A DNA stretch of 60,516 nt, from positions 1 through 60,516 of the forward strand of contig CAIVGO010000673.1 of the NCBI GenBank assembly GCA_903905445.1, in the 5' to 3' direction. Every line of letters begins with the position of its first letter. Positions within the stretch are counted from its first letter, which is position 1. Below the pieces are notes generated by a model that was not told the DNA's origin, ran no database searches, and worked only from the letters and a program-made list of their open reading frames with translations. Shown here piece by piece: positions 27,326-38,061 of this stretch. The stretch comes from an uncultured Bacteroidota bacterium. GTDB taxonomy: Bacteria; Bacteroidota; Bacteroidia; Chitinophagales; Saprospiraceae. A program made the position numbers and the translations under genes.

Positions 27326-29398
27326 TTAGACTACTTTAAGTTGAAGTAGTTCCCGGAACGCATCCAAAGATACAACCGGGCGCTGACAAACAAAATTACG
27401 GCATACATATATATAGGTGTTGTCGTCGGCTGTCTTTCCTGCTAATAATGGAAGTTTATCTGTCTCAAGCACACTTGCGGCAATCACTTTATTGGGCACA
27501 AATATTTTTTGAAGGGCCATGGCTTGTGCAATTGCATCTTTCCCAACCACGGCTATTTCATGCGGCGGGTAAATTTCTTGCATCAAAGCGGTGGCCCAAC
27601 GCTCAAAGGACAAGGGATACCGCTCAATGGTTTCCGCCATCGCCTGCAACATCTGGCTGCCTTTGGCCCGCCAGGCACTTCGGTCGAGCAAAATGCCCAG
27701 CCTTTGCAGGTTTAAGACCATCGTACTATTGCCGGAAGGTGTTGCATTGTCGTACAGGTCCTTTTTCCTTAAAATAATATCTTCCTGTCCTTCGGCGGTG
27801 TAAAAAAACAGTCCGGTTGCCTTGTCTTCAAAATAACTTAAAACCACTTCCAGATATTTCGCTGCGTCTTGCAAATAACGGATGTCAAACGTAATTTGAT
27901 AAACATCAATCAGTGCTGCGATCAAGTAGGCATAATCATCTATAAAGGCTTCGTACTGCGCCTGGTCGTTTTTCCAAACATGCAATAAGGGCCGTTTTGC
28001 CTCGATTTTAAATTTTTCTTCTAAAAATGCCAGGTTTCGCACCGCCATTTCCCGGTAGTTTTCATGACCGAGTGCCGTATATGCCCGTACACAGGCAGAA
28101 ACCATCAAGGCATTCCAACCGAGGATGATCTTATCGTCGAGGCCTGGGTAAATACGTTTGGAACGCACGGCAAATAGCTTTTCCCGACATGCTTTGAGGC
28201 GCGCTTTCAGCGTCTCGATGGGCATTTTTACTCCTGCTGCAAATTGCTCATAAGAAGCCAAACGCCAAAGAATATTCTGATGCTCCCAGTTGCCTTGTTC
28301 GGTTACATCATAAAATGCGTTGAACAAATCGGCATCCGGGCCCAGGATTTCATCTACTTCCGATTTTTGCCAAACAAAGAATTTACCTTCTACGCCCTCT
28401 GAATCGGCATCCTGTGCGCTGTAAAAACCGCCTTCCGGGTGGAGCATTTCCCGCTGAAGATACTCCATGGTTTCTTCAATGGTTTCGCGGTACAACGCTT
28501 TGCCTGTAACTAAGTAGGCATCAGATAACACCATCAGCAACAAGGCATTATCGTACAACATTTTTTCAAAATGCGGGATTAACCACTCCCGATCGGTGGC
28601 ATACCGCGCAAAACCACCGCCCAATTGGTCGTAAATGCCTCCCTGGATCATCTTTTCCAGCGAAAGTTCGGCATGCTCCAGCGCTTCTGTGTTTCCTGTA
28701 AAATAATGGTAATTCAGCAAATACTGAATGGCCATGGTAGAAGGGAACTTGGGCGCTCCGCCAAAACCGCCGTCGGCCCGGTCGAATCGTTCCCGCATTT
28801 GATAAAAAATATTTTCCAAAATACTGGGCACCAAGGATGCCTCCGTTTTGGCTAAATCGACTTCCAGTGCGGCATTTTCGGGGGCTTTGACAAACAAATC
28901 GTCGTTGCGCTGAATGTGGGCAAGGAGTTTATCGGCTTGTTCGTGGGCTACATCCGGTTGGGTTTCCCAAATATTGGCCAAATGTTCCAGCAGTTGCACC
29001 CAGGAGGGTCGGTTGTGTGCGGGCGTTGGCGGGAAATAAGTTCCTGCGTAAAAAGGCTTGCCTTCCGGGGTCAAAAAGCAGTTTAAGGGCCAGCCGCCGC
29101 CGCCAGTCAGAATTTGGCAGGCCTCCATATAAATTGCATCCACATCGGGGCGTTCCTCGCGATCGACCTTGATGTTGATGTAGTGTGCGTTCATATAGGC
29201 CGCAACGTCCTCTTTTTCAAAGGATTCGCGCTCCATTACATGGCACCAGTGGCAGGTAGAATACCCGATACTGACCAAAATGGGCTTGTTTTCTGCTTTT
29301 GCACGGGCAAAGGCTTCGGGTTTCCAGGCATACCAATCCACCGGATTATGGGCATGTTGCAGGAGATAGGGCGAGGTTTCGTACTGAAGTTGGTTCAT
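27326..29398 (-). CDS. Thioredoxin-domain protein of the DUF255/YyaL (SPATA20-like) family
   Basis: [17 protein letters not shown]...[23 protein letters not shown]-terminus, followed by a six-hairpin glycosidase-like domain. 690 aa. Confidence 0.85.
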   Translation of the reverse strand: MNQLQYETSPYLLQHAHNPVDWYAWKPEAFARAKAENKPILVSIGYSTCHWCHVMERESFEKEDVAAYMNAHYINIKVDREERPDVDAIYMEACQILTGGGGWPLNCFLTPEGKPFYAGTYFPPTPAHNRPSWVQLLEHLANIWETQPDVAHEQADKLLAHIQRNDDLFVKAPENAALEVDLAKTEASLVPSILENIFYQMRERFDRADGGFGGAPKFPSTMAIQYLLNYHYFTGNTEALEHAELSLEKMIQGGIYDQLGGGFARYATDREWLIPHFEKMLYDNALLLMVLSDAYLVTGKALYRETIEETMEYLQREMLHPEGGFYSAQDADSEGVEGKFFVWQKSEVDEILGPDADLFNAFYDVTEQGNWEHQNILWRLASYEQFAAGVKMPIETLKARLKACREKLFAVRSKRIYPGLDDKIILGWNALMVSACVRAYTALGHENYREMAVRNLAFLEEKFKIEAKRPLLHVWKNDQAQYEAFIDDYAYLIAALIDVYQITFDIRYLQDAAKYLEVVLSYFEDKATGLFFYTAEGQEDIILRKKDLYDNATPSGNSTMVLNLQRLGILLDRSAWRAKGSQMLQAMAETIERYPLSFERWATALMQEIYPPHEIAVVGKDAIAQAMALQKIFVPNKVIAASVLETDKLPLLAGKTADDNTYIYVCRNFVCQRPVVSLDAFRELLQLKVV

Positions 29399-30306
29399 AT
29401 AATATGGTGTCCTAAATCGTCCGGCAACTCCGGAATTTTATCCACAATTTTTTCGCGTTCGCTGATGAGTTCTACCAATCGGCGGATGGCTTTTCGGCGA
29501 ATCTGGCGTTCGAGTTCTTTATTGGGTTCGTTGAGGATGTATTGAAATTTGAGGGAAACATTGTCTTTTCTAACTTCCGCTACCCGCAGGTAATAACTGT
29601 CTTCTTTGATCAGGTCGTGGAAGGGGCGCAGGGCTTCTATCAATTGCTGTTCGAGTTCTTCCACGTTTTTGAGATGGCGGAGGGCAATTTCGAAGTCAAT
29701 GCTGGTTCTTTTGATTTCCCGCTTGGTATAATTGACTACATCGGTGGTGGTTACGACATTATTTGGGACATAAATCATGTCGTCATCGTCGTTCAGCAGG
29801 TGGATATTCTGGAGGGTAATGGCCGTGATTTTGCCCCGGTGTTGCCCGATTTTTACATTATCATGGATACTTAACTGGCCTGAAAAGGTAATAATCATCC
29901 CATTGATCATATTTGAAATATAATCCTTGGTCAAGATGGCTAAACCCGCAAAAATGATGGAAAGGGAGGTGAAAAGTTCTTTTACATTGATTTGAAAGAG
30001 CGATAAAACGCCCACAATAATGCCAATGGCCAGTAGAAGGGAATAAATATGGTTGACGCCAACGATAAAATTATCGTCCCCTTTAATTTTATGCCTGCGC
30101 CGGTACCACCAGGTGGTAAAAAACTGTACAAAATCAAGAAAAATCAGAAAAACCGCGATGCTGCTAAGGGCATTGACATAATAGGGGATTTCATTGCGGT
30201 AGCGTGAATGTTCGTACATCCAGCGTACATCCCACTCACCTAACCGTATCAGGAGTAACGATACAAAAATCAGGGCCTTAATGAGCAGAACGAAAAACTT
30301 ACGCAT
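29395..30306 (-). CDS. Mechanosensitive ion channel (MscS family)
   Basis: Transmembrane helices followed by the beta-domain motif [33 protein letters not shown]. 4-nt overlap with the downstream gene. Confidence 0.8.
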   Translation of the reverse strand: MRKFFVLLIKALIFVSLLLIRLGEWDVRWMYEHSRYRNEIPYYVNALSSIAVFLIFLDFVQFFTTWWYRRRHKIKGDDNFIVGVNHIYSLLLAIGIIVGVLSLFQINVKELFTSLSIIFAGLAILTKDYISNMINGMIITFSGQLSIHDNVKIGQHRGKITAITLQNIHLLNDDDDMIYVPNNVVTTTDVVNYTKREIKRTSIDFEIALRHLKNVEELEQQLIEALRPFHDLIKEDSYYLRVAEVRKDNVSLKFQYILNEPNKELERQIRRKAIRRLVELISEREKIVDKIPELPDDLGHHII

Positions 30307-30413
30307 TGCAGGATTGGGTTAAGAGGATTGTGAGATCGGAGGAAATTTGGATAGGGCGTATGTTGATCGAACAAATATGCCCGCCCTATCCAAACGATTC
30401 CTTCGATGTCTTA

Positions 30414-31526
30414 TTACAACACCGCTGTTACCTCGTGCAGGGGCAGGCTAAATGCATCGGCTACACCTTTATATACAACCTTACCTTTTACAACATTCAG
30501 ACCGAGTTTGAGTTCATTGTTATCGGTGCAAGCTTTTTGCCAGCCTTTTTCTGCCAACTGAATGGCATAAGGCAGGGTTGCATTGGTCAAACCTACGGTA
30601 GAAGTAAATGGTACGGCCCCCGGCATATTTGCCACACAATAATGCACCACATCATCAATGATAAAGATCGGATCAGCGTGGGTTGTTGCGTGGGTTGTTT
30701 CAATACAACCGCCCTGGTCAACGGCAACATCGACAATAACGGTACCCGGGCGCATCAATTTGAGCATGTCGCGGGTAATCAATTTAGGCGCTTTTGCACC
30801 AGGAATCAAAACCGCACCAACAATCAGGTCGTGGGTTTGGATGAGGCGACGGATATTGTATTCGTTGGAATACATGGTGATTACGTTGGCTGGCATGATG
30901 TCGCTGAGGTAACGCAGGCGGTTGAGGCTTACATCCAGCAAGGTAACCTGTGCGCCCAAACCTGCGGCCATTTTAGCCGCTTGGGTGCCCACAATACCGC
31001 CACCTAATACCAATACTTTACCGGGCGCAACGCCTGGGATACCGCCAAGCAATACACCGCGGCCATTGGAGGGTTTTTCCAAATACTTGGCGCCTTCCTG
31101 GATGGCCATGCGACCGGCCACTTCCGACATTGGAATCAACAAAGGCAACTGGCGATCATGTGTTTCAACCGTTTCGTAGGCTAAGCAAATTGATCCCGCT
31201 TTAATCATGGCGTGGGTCAATTCTTCGCTGGAAGCAAAGTGGAAATAGGTAAAAATCAATTGATTTTCGCGGCAACGCGCGTATTCTTCTTTGATTGGCT
31301 CCTTTACCTTCATGATCATATCCGACTTTGCCCATACCTCATCCACATCGGACAAAATTTGAGCGCCATAGGAAATATATTCAGCATCTTCAAAGCCACT
31401 CCCTACCCCAGCTGTACTTTGAATATAAACCGTATGACCGCGACGGGACAATTCGAGTGCTCCGGCAGGGGTGAGCGCAACGCGGTTCTCGTTACTTTTA
31501 ATTTCTTTTGGAACGCCAATAATCAT
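30414..31526 (-). CDS. ald: Alanine dehydrogenase
   Basis: MIIGVPKEIKSNENRVALTPAG start, NAD motif VLGGGIVG. 370 aa from the internal ATG. The 54-aa upstream extension in the ORF track has no homology-like features. Confidence 0.9.
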   Translation of the reverse strand: MIIGVPKEIKSNENRVALTPAGALELSRRGHTVYIQSTAGVGSGFEDAEYISYGAQILSDVDEVWAKSDMIMKVKEPIKEEYARCRENQLIFTYFHFASSEELTHAMIKAGSICLAYETVETHDRQLPLLIPMSEVAGRMAIQEGAKYLEKPSNGRGVLLGGIPGVAPGKVLVLGGGIVGTQAAKMAAGLGAQVTLLDVSLNRLRYLSDIMPANVITMYSNEYNIRRLIQTHDLIVGAVLIPGAKAPKLITRDMLKLMRPGTVIVDVAVDQGGCIETTHATTHADPIFIIDDVVHYCVANMPGAVPFTSTVGLTNATLPYAIQLAEKGWQKACTDNNELKLGLNVVKGKVVYKGVADAFSLPLHEVTAVL

Positions 31527-31743
31527 GGTAATGGATTTGTTTAGTGAAAAATGGAACTTTTGGTTTGGGCAATTTAAAAACCGGGCAAATGTAAGAAAGG
31601 GAATTGGGATTGTAGAAATCTGCATCGCGGGCAAAAAAAAAGCGCGAACCTTTGTTCGCGCTCCGAATTTCTTCAATTCTAAAAACAATACTTACACACG
31701 GTAAATACTGTTTCGAAAACCGTGCCAGAAATGACGAATTTCT

Positions 31744-32574
31744 TTAATTCAAAAAAATATTTTTATCATAATTTGGAATAATCTGTTGTGCCTCGGCAAT
31801 TCGAAACATTTCGAGGATTGCCGCCCTTCCGCGTGTCCCCAAATCGACCGTAAATTGGGAAACATATAGATCAATATGCGCTTGCATCACAGCATCTTCC
31901 ATGGCTTGCGCATGTGCCCGTACGAAAGGCATGACCTCCGATGGATGCGCAAAAGCATACTCCACACTGCGGCGCATGACGCGGTTTATTTTTGCCTGAT
32001 CTTCGGCAGGAAGGCTGCGGTGTACCACAATTCCACCCAATGGAATGGGCAATCCGGTGGTTTGCTCCCAGTGTTCGCCGAGGTCCATAATTTTAACCAG
32101 ACCTTTTTGTTGGTAGGTAAAGCGGTTTTCATGGATAATCAGGCCTGCATCGGCCCGATTTTCGAGTACCGCGTCTTCTACGTCTGAAAAAAGCACCTCG
32201 GTTTTATTTTTTGCTGCCGGAAATGCCATGCTCAACAGAAAATTGGCGGTGGTCATTTTTCCTGGAATGGCGATACGCGCGGCATTTACCTCGGCTTCCG
32301 TCATCGGCTTTTGGGCGATGAGCAAAGGGCCGCAATTGTTGCCTAAGGCGCTGCCCGCATCCAGCAAGGCATATTGCTCAGTGAGGTGCGCAAAAGCATG
32401 ATAGCTGAGCTTTGTAATGGCCAATTCGCCCGCAAAGGCTCGGCGGTTGAGGGCTTCCACATCTTCCATAAATACTTCAAATTCAAGGCCTTCGGTGTCC
32501 ACTTTACCGTGTAACATGGCATCAAAAATGAAGGTATCATTGGGGCAGGGCGAAAAGCCGATGGTATAATGCAT
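31744..32574 (-). CDS. mqnD: 1,4-dihydroxy-6-naphthoate synthase (futalosine pathway)
   Basis: GFSPCPNDTFIFDAMLHGKVDTEG N-terminus and the overall 276-aa length match MqnD as recalled. Confidence 0.8.
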   Translation of the reverse strand: MHYTIGFSPCPNDTFIFDAMLHGKVDTEGLEFEVFMEDVEALNRRAFAGELAITKLSYHAFAHLTEQYALLDAGSALGNNCGPLLIAQKPMTEAEVNAARIAIPGKMTTANFLLSMAFPAAKNKTEVLFSDVEDAVLENRADAGLIIHENRFTYQQKGLVKIMDLGEHWEQTTGLPIPLGGIVVHRSLPAEDQAKINRVMRRSVEYAFAHPSEVMPFVRAHAQAMEDAVMQAHIDLYVSQFTVDLGTRGRAAILEMFRIAEAQQIIPNYDKNIFLN

Positions 32575-32603
32575 TTACCTGAATTTTGTAGGCATACAAC
32601 GCT

Positions 32604-33920
32604 TTACACCCGCTGAATGTTCGCGCCAATGGCATTCAATCGTTGGTCAATGTACTGGTAACCGCGGTCGATCTGGTGTACATTGTGGATCAGGCTGCGG
32701 CCTTTTGCCGATAAAGCAGCAATCAACAAGGCTTGTCCGGCGCGAATATCGGGCGAAGTCATTTCGATGCCCCGCAAAGGATAACGACGGTCCAAACCAA
32801 TCACGGTAGCGCGGTGTGGGTCGCATAAAATGATTTGCGCGCCCATATCGATGAGTTTATCGACAAAAAACAGTCGGCTTTCAAACATTTTCTGGTGTAC
32901 CAGCACACTGCCACGCGCCTGGGTCGCCACGACGAGCACAATCGACATCAAATCGGGCGTGAAGCCAGGCCAGGGCGCATCATAAATGGTCAGGATAGAA
33001 CCATCAATAAAGGTGTTGATTTCATAATGATCCTGCGCAGGAATATGTAAATCGTCGCCTTGCTGGTGGATGGTAATACCGAGGCGTTCAAAGGTGTGTG
33101 GAATAATGCCGAGGTGCTGTACGCCCGCATTTTTAATGGTAATTTCAGATTGGGTCATGGCAGCAAGGCCAATAAAGCTGCCAATTTCGATCATATCGGG
33201 CAAACAGCGGTGTTCGGTGCCGCCCAATTTGCTTACACCTTCTATGTGCAATAAATTAGAGCCGAGGCCTTCAATTTTTGCCCCCATTTGGATCAACATG
33301 CGGCACAATTGCTGCAAATAAGGCTCGCAAGCAGCGTTGTAGATGGTTGTTTTACCTTCCGTGAGCACAGCAGCCATCACCACATTGGCCGTACCCGTTA
33401 CCGAAATTTCATCCATGTGGATATAGGCCCCTTTCATGCCGCCATCGGGCTGCTGAATATAATAAATATCGGAAGTATCGTCGTATTTGAACTCGGCACC
33501 CAATTTTTGAAAACCTAAAAAGTGGGTATCCAAACGGCGGCGGCCAATTTTATCACCTCCGGGCTTGGGCAACACCGCTTTACCATAACGTGCCAACAAG
33601 GGCCCGATCAGCATAACCGAGCCCCGCAAGCGCTGCGCGTCTTTCATAAATGCGTCTGATTGCAAATAGGAAATATCTACAGTGCCCGCGCAAAACTTAA
33701 AGGTATCATCGGCCAGTTTTTCTACCGTCACGCCCAATCCTTTGAGCAACTCAATCAGTTGCACCACATCGCGGATATTGGGGATGTTGGAAATGGTTAC
33801 ATAGTCATCAGTCAGCAACACTGCACTGATGATTTGAAGGGCTTCGTTTTTGGCGCCTTGCGGTTGTAATTCGCCTTTAAGTGGCTGACCGCCAATAACT
33901 TCGAAAGTGTCGGACTGCAT
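32604..33920 (-). CDS. murA: UDP-N-acetylglucosamine 1-carboxyvinyltransferase
   Basis: GAKNEALQI, LPKPGGDKIGRRRLDTH and the DLMS..LVVATQA blocks. 438 aa. Confidence 0.9.
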   Translation of the reverse strand: MQSDTFEVIGGQPLKGELQPQGAKNEALQIISAVLLTDDYVTISNIPNIRDVVQLIELLKGLGVTVEKLADDTFKFCAGTVDISYLQSDAFMKDAQRLRGSVMLIGPLLARYGKAVLPKPGGDKIGRRRLDTHFLGFQKLGAEFKYDDTSDIYYIQQPDGGMKGAYIHMDEISVTGTANVVMAAVLTEGKTTIYNAACEPYLQQLCRMLIQMGAKIEGLGSNLLHIEGVSKLGGTEHRCLPDMIEIGSFIGLAAMTQSEITIKNAGVQHLGIIPHTFERLGITIHQQGDDLHIPAQDHYEINTFIDGSILTIYDAPWPGFTPDLMSIVLVVATQARGSVLVHQKMFESRLFFVDKLIDMGAQIILCDPHRATVIGLDRRYPLRGIEMTSPDIRAGQALLIAALSAKGRSLIHNVHQIDRGYQYIDQRLNAIGANIQRV

Positions 33921-33994
33921 GGGTAGTGAATGTAAGTAAATAAATCGGTTACGGCATTAAGGTGGTAAAGGCGGGCGAAAGTAGGAAAAATTCG

Positions 33995-36265
33995 TTACTT
34001 CCAACTGGTATAGCGCAGTCCGATAAAAAAACGAATGCCCTGAATGGGGGCGTAATTGTAGGACGGATCGAAGGTGTAGCCATTTGGATTGCCTGCCGGG
34101 TCATTTGCCTGCTTGTCAAAAGGGTCGAAAGGCCGCAAAATTGGGTCTTTGGGTACAAAATTCAGCAAGTTTTTTGCGCCGCCATAACACTCCAGCCCTT
34201 TCCGAATATTCCAGGTGGCTTGAATATTTTGGATACTAAACCAGGGCGAATTGGCTGGACGAAAGTCATTGGGCACCACCGGAAGGGGCATGGGGCCATA
34301 TACGTTGCCGGTGTAATCGATGCTCAGCAGGTTGCGATACAGCGGGAAACTGATGGAAAACGTGCCGGAAAAAGGCGAAGCGTGCAATTGCGGTGTTTTG
34401 ACGGTATTTCCAGTCAAATTTGGTTCCTGCGTGTAAACATCCAATACCGTGATGCCTGCCATCATTTTTAAGCCATTGGTAAAATTGGCATCGCTGTTGA
34501 GGGAAAATCCGCGCGAAATGCCAAATCCATTGAGGTTATCAAAAATTACCTTTTGCGGATCACTCAAATAATCGGCCACAATGCGGTTGCTAAAACGGGT
34601 ATAAAACAAGGTCGCATCCAACCCGACAAAGGCAACTTTGCTTTTTTGGGGTACAAATTGGCCGGTATAATTCAAATTCGTATTCCAACTGCGTTCGGGG
34701 CGCAAGGCTTCGGCAATCACCACCTCGCGCGCACCCGTGAGTGCCGCATGATCTTCACTGAATACATTGGCTACCCGGTAGCCATTGCCAATGGTAAAAC
34801 GCATAGTGTGGTTGGTATTGGGTTTCCATTGATAATTGATGCGCGGGGTAAAAATATGGCCATGGACCGAGTTGTAATCATAGCGCATCCCCGTCAAAAG
34901 GGTGTGTTTTTGTGAAAAATCGATTTGATCCTGCACAAAAATGCCGGGCAACCAGGTTATTGCGGGCGCTGTTTGACCTGGCTGATTGGGACGTGTGGTG
35001 ATAGGCGTATTGTCATCGTACCAGGTATAACGCAGCGCAACACCGAATAAGGCATCATGCAGGGTGCCTATTTTTTTGTCCCAGGTCGTTTGACCGAACG
35101 CAATGTGCTGCCGTGCATCAAAAATGGTTGTTCCATACGCGGAGGCCTGATCGTGTACGGTGTAGGACCAGGCAAATTTTATTTTTTCCGGTGCCAGGAT
35201 GCTATGGCTGCCAAGCATTTCAAAGCGGCGGGTGCTGATTTGTTCGCCATAAATACTGTCGCCGCCCCTGAATTCGGGTTTCCATTGTAATTCGCCGCCA
35301 AAGCGATTTTCCCAAATATAGCGCAACGCCAGACTGGTCTGGCTGCGGTCAGTTCGATCTAATTGCCATTTATTAAACAGGGTAAAGCGCTTTTGAAGGG
35401 TCATGTCGGTAAAATTATCGGCATTTCGGTCCAAACGCTGTTGAAAATGGAAATAATTGCCACTCAACAACACCGACGCCTTGCCTACCCTGCCCCGCAC
35501 ACCGGCATCAGCATTCAACTCGCCGTAAGAAGTTCCGTTTACATCCACACTCAGCGCGGGTGCGGTAGCCGGATTTTTGGTAATCACGTTGATTAATCCA
35601 CCTACCGCTTCCGAGCCATACAAGGTGGATGCCGGGCCTTTTACAATTTCCACCCGGTCAATTAAGGTATTGGGAATGCCATTCAGGCCATATACGGTAG
35701 ACAAACCACTCACAATGGGCATGCCATCAATTAAAACCATGGTGTACGGCCCTTCCATGCCATTGATGTGAATATCGCCGGTGTTGCATACACTGCAATT
35801 AAGTTGGGGCCGTACGCCATTTACGTTTTCCATGGCGGCGAAAAGGCTGGGGGTTGGGTTTTTTCGGAAAAAACGCGGGGTGTACACTTCCACCGGTACC
35901 GGACTTTGCATCCTGGATACCGCTTTCATGGTTCCGCTGACAACCACCTCGTTGATTTGTGTTTGCAGGGGGCGCAGGCTGAACCGAACGGGTTTTGTCA
36001 TATTTTCTATCAAAAAACTATCTTTTTGATAGCCAACACAAAGCGCTATGATTTTTGTCCCTGCTTTTACGCCGCTGCTGCTTAGTTCAAACGCACCAGC
36101 ATCGTCTGTAATGGTTTGTTTTCCGGTACCTGGAATGGCAATGGTAACTGCCGGAATGCCAGCGCCCGTTTCTGCATCCTGCACCGTACCCTTGATGGGT
36201 TGTTGCGCGAACAAAAAAACGGGGCTAACAGCCAAGAGTATGAAAAAAAACGGGGCGTTTTTCAT
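33995..36265 (-). CDS. TonB-dependent receptor with N-terminal carboxypeptidase-regulatory-like domain
   Basis: Signal ...FLFAQQ, CarbopepD_reg-like IKGTVQDAETGAGIPAVTI...TDDAGAFEL, plug (VEIVKGPASTLYGSEAVGGLINVITK), and a large barrel. Substrate unknown. Confidence 0.85.
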   Translation of the reverse strand: MKNAPFFFILLAVSPVFLFAQQPIKGTVQDAETGAGIPAVTIAIPGTGKQTITDDAGAFELSSSGVKAGTKIIALCVGYQKDSFLIENMTKPVRFSLRPLQTQINEVVVSGTMKAVSRMQSPVPVEVYTPRFFRKNPTPSLFAAMENVNGVRPQLNCSVCNTGDIHINGMEGPYTMVLIDGMPIVSGLSTVYGLNGIPNTLIDRVEIVKGPASTLYGSEAVGGLINVITKNPATAPALSVDVNGTSYGELNADAGVRGRVGKASVLLSGNYFHFQQRLDRNADNFTDMTLQKRFTLFNKWQLDRTDRSQTSLALRYIWENRFGGELQWKPEFRGGDSIYGEQISTRRFEMLGSHSILAPEKIKFAWSYTVHDQASAYGTTIFDARQHIAFGQTTWDKKIGTLHDALFGVALRYTWYDDNTPITTRPNQPGQTAPAITWLPGIFVQDQIDFSQKHTLLTGMRYDYNSVHGHIFTPRINYQWKPNTNHTMRFTIGNGYRVANVFSEDHAALTGAREVVIAEALRPERSWNTNLNYTGQFVPQKSKVAFVGLDATLFYTRFSNRIVADYLSDPQKVIFDNLNGFGISRGFSLNSDANFTNGLKMMAGITVLDVYTQEPNLTGNTVKTPQLHASPFSGTFSISFPLYRNLLSIDYTGNVYGPMPLPVVPNDFRPANSPWFSIQNIQATWNIRKGLECYGGAKNLLNFVPKDPILRPFDPFDKQANDPAGNPNGYTFDPSYNYAPIQGIRFFIGLRYTSWK

Positions 36266-36303
36266 TTGCTTGAATATTATTTTAGACTAACCTAAATAAA
36301 AAA

Positions 36304-36311
36304 CAAAGGTA
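36304..36311 (-). promoter_or_regulatory. -7 box TACCTTTG (minus strand), 39 nt upstream of the TonB-dependent receptor gene
   Basis: Plus-strand CAAAGGTA is an exact TAnnTTTG on the minus strand. Confidence 0.5.
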
Positions 36312-36349
36312 GGCGAAAATAATTATCCAGGCAAGCTTCAACGTCATTG

Positions 36350-37345
36350 CTATTTTTTAGAAAAGAAGGAATAACTGATGCCGGGCGTCCACAAATAAGA
36401 AGGTTTATTGCCTTCACCGTACACTGCCACCAAACCGACACGCAGGTTGAGTCCTTTCCACACCATCCAGCGAAAGCCAAAATCGGGCGAAAAGGCGTTT
36501 TTGTTTTCGTAAGAGCGGTTGAGTCCGCGCATGTAACTCAGTTGCAAATAAAAGGACGACGGATTCTGTTTTTTGCCAACCGGCAAAAACCATAAAGTGG
36601 TACCAAACTTCATAAATTGTGTAGTTTCATTCGGCTTCATATTGGTATTGTACAGGCCGCCGTGCACTGAAATTTGCTTGAAACGATATTCCAGGCCAAT
36701 GGATGGGTTTCGAAAGCCATTGATGCTAAATTCGTGGGTTGAAAAACGACTTTGGGCAAAAGAAGCAGTGCTCAACATTCCGAGCAGCAGGATTAGTGTT
36801 GCTGCTTTGGGCAATTTATAACCGAGGATGGATCCGAAAAAGCCCAAAACCGGCATCACAAATTGCATCAAAAACTTAGGTAAATCACTGGGAATCATAA
36901 TATTGTTAAATCGATTGATAAATTGAGCGGCAACTAATTTATTTCTTGGCACGCCTTGGGCATCGGTGGGCACTGTTTTTTCGAGCGCGGTAATGGTTTC
37001 TAAAAAAGTTTCAAAATTCAGGGCAGGCGATAATTGGGTTTTCACCTTTACAGTTTCTGCGCTTTCATTCCAATAACAATGGCTGGTACCGGGCATCAGG
37101 GTGATTTCTTCACCGGCTTGCAAGGTTTTGACTTCATTTCCGACTTGTATTTTTAGGGTACCCTCCAGGATTTGAAAATATTCGGTTTGTGTCGGATGGT
37201 AGTGCAAGGGTCTGCGCTGGGCATTCGGCGCCACTTCAATATCTATTTCAACATAGCGACCTGCTGTTTCCTGGGTGTTTTTTTGAATGGTGAATGTTTC
37301 ACCAAGTTTACTTGAAAAACTTTTTTTTGTGGATTGCGTTTGCAT
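36350..37345 (-). CDS. Cupin-domain protein continuing in frame into a signal-peptide-like segment and a small beta-barrel-like domain
   Basis: Residues 1-~175 form a cupin (PLHYHPTQTEYFQILEGTL...GEEITLMPGTSH). Residues 178-198 (LPKAATLILLLGMLSTASFAQ) look like a Sec signal. A ~130-aa strand-rich segment follows, ending ISYSFFSKK. Confidence 0.6.
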   Translation of the reverse strand: MQTQSTKKSFSSKLGETFTIQKNTQETAGRYVEIDIEVAPNAQRRPLHYHPTQTEYFQILEGTLKIQVGNEVKTLQAGEEITLMPGTSHCYWNESAETVKVKTQLSPALNFETFLETITALEKTVPTDAQGVPRNKLVAAQFINRFNNIMIPSDLPKFLMQFVMPVLGFFGSILGYKLPKAATLILLLGMLSTASFAQSRFSTHEFSINGFRNPSIGLEYRFKQISVHGGLYNTNMKPNETTQFMKFGTTLWFLPVGKKQNPSSFYLQLSYMRGLNRSYENKNAFSPDFGFRWMVWKGLNLRVGLVAVYGEGNKPSYLWTPGISYSFFSKK

Positions 37346-37377
37346 TGTCCTTTCTTTTAATGGTTAAAATGATAGGA

Positions 37378-37385
37378 CAAAGGTA
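37378..37385 (-). promoter_or_regulatory. -7 box TACCTTTG (minus strand), 33 nt upstream of the cupin gene
   Basis: Plus-strand CAAAGGTA. Confidence 0.5.
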
Positions 37386-37432
37386 TAGGGGGCGATAAGT
37401 GCGGTTCATGCACCTAAGTTAACAAGTGTTTT

Positions 37433-38005
37433 TTAGCCCAAAATTCTTTTACGAATTCGACTCAGGGATTGCGGTTGTACGCCTACATAAGACGCAATGT
37501 AATATTGCGGAATACGCTGTTGCATATCGGGGTATAATTCCATAAATTTGAGGTAGCGTTGTTCGGCGGTATCGACGTATAAGGAAGTGATTTCCTGTAA
37601 ACTTTCAATAAAAACTTGCTCAATCACCATGCGACCAAAACGTTCGCCGTGTTTTAACAACTTGTAAAACTGCTGCAGATCGTGGTAGGAAATGGTGAGT
37701 ATCACGGTGTCTTCCAGCGCCTGGATATTTTTAGTAGAGGGAATTTGGGGTATAAAGCTTTCATAATTACAAGTAAAACAGTGTTCAAAGCCAAATGAAT
37801 AGGTTTTCTCTAGTCCATCGGCATTGATATAATAACGAAGCAGTCCATGTACAATAAATGCAGCATGTCGGTTAATCTGGCCTTCTTGTAAAAAATGGTC
37901 AAATTTTTTGATATGTTTCTCATGAAAGAGTTGGCGGATGGTTGCTTCATCCTCAGGATAAATCGGGATTATTTGGGCGATTTTGTTTATGAGTGCCTGG
38001 ATCAT
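37433..38005 (-). CDS. Crp/Fnr family transcriptional regulator
   Basis: 190 aa. cNMP-binding-like N-domain and C-terminal HTH (IASYVGVQPQSLSRIRKRI). Confidence 0.8.
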   Translation of the reverse strand: MIQALINKIAQIIPIYPEDEATIRQLFHEKHIKKFDHFLQEGQINRHAAFIVHGLLRYYINADGLEKTYSFGFEHCFTCNYESFIPQIPSTKNIQALEDTVILTISYHDLQQFYKLLKHGERFGRMVIEQVFIESLQEITSLYVDTAEQRYLKFMELYPDMQQRIPQYYIASYVGVQPQSLSRIRKRILG

Positions 38006-38010
38006 AGTAG

Positions 38011-38041
38011 AATACCTTTATTTTGCAAAGACAAAGGTATT
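38011..38041. promoter_or_regulatory. Perfect 9-bp inverted repeat AATACCTTT-N13-AAAGGTATT overlapping the -7 box (TACCTTTG, minus strand) of the Crp/Fnr gene
   Basis: Read directly. The right arm holds CAAAGGTA at 38032-38039, 27 nt upstream of the ATG at 38005. It lies in the 56-nt gap after the MNIO gene stop. Confidence 0.5.
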
Positions 38042-38061
38042 GAAGACCGTTAAAATGGGCG

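Noticed and set aside
30306-31007. 233-aa plus-strand ORF opposite ald
   Set aside because: It lies entirely within the alanine dehydrogenase coding region on the other strand. The Cys/His/Gly-rich translation has no recognisable domain.
31527-31688. 54-codon N-terminal extension of ald in the ORF track
   Set aside because: Alanine dehydrogenases start at MIIGVPKE. The extension has no homology-like features and would bury the natural start.
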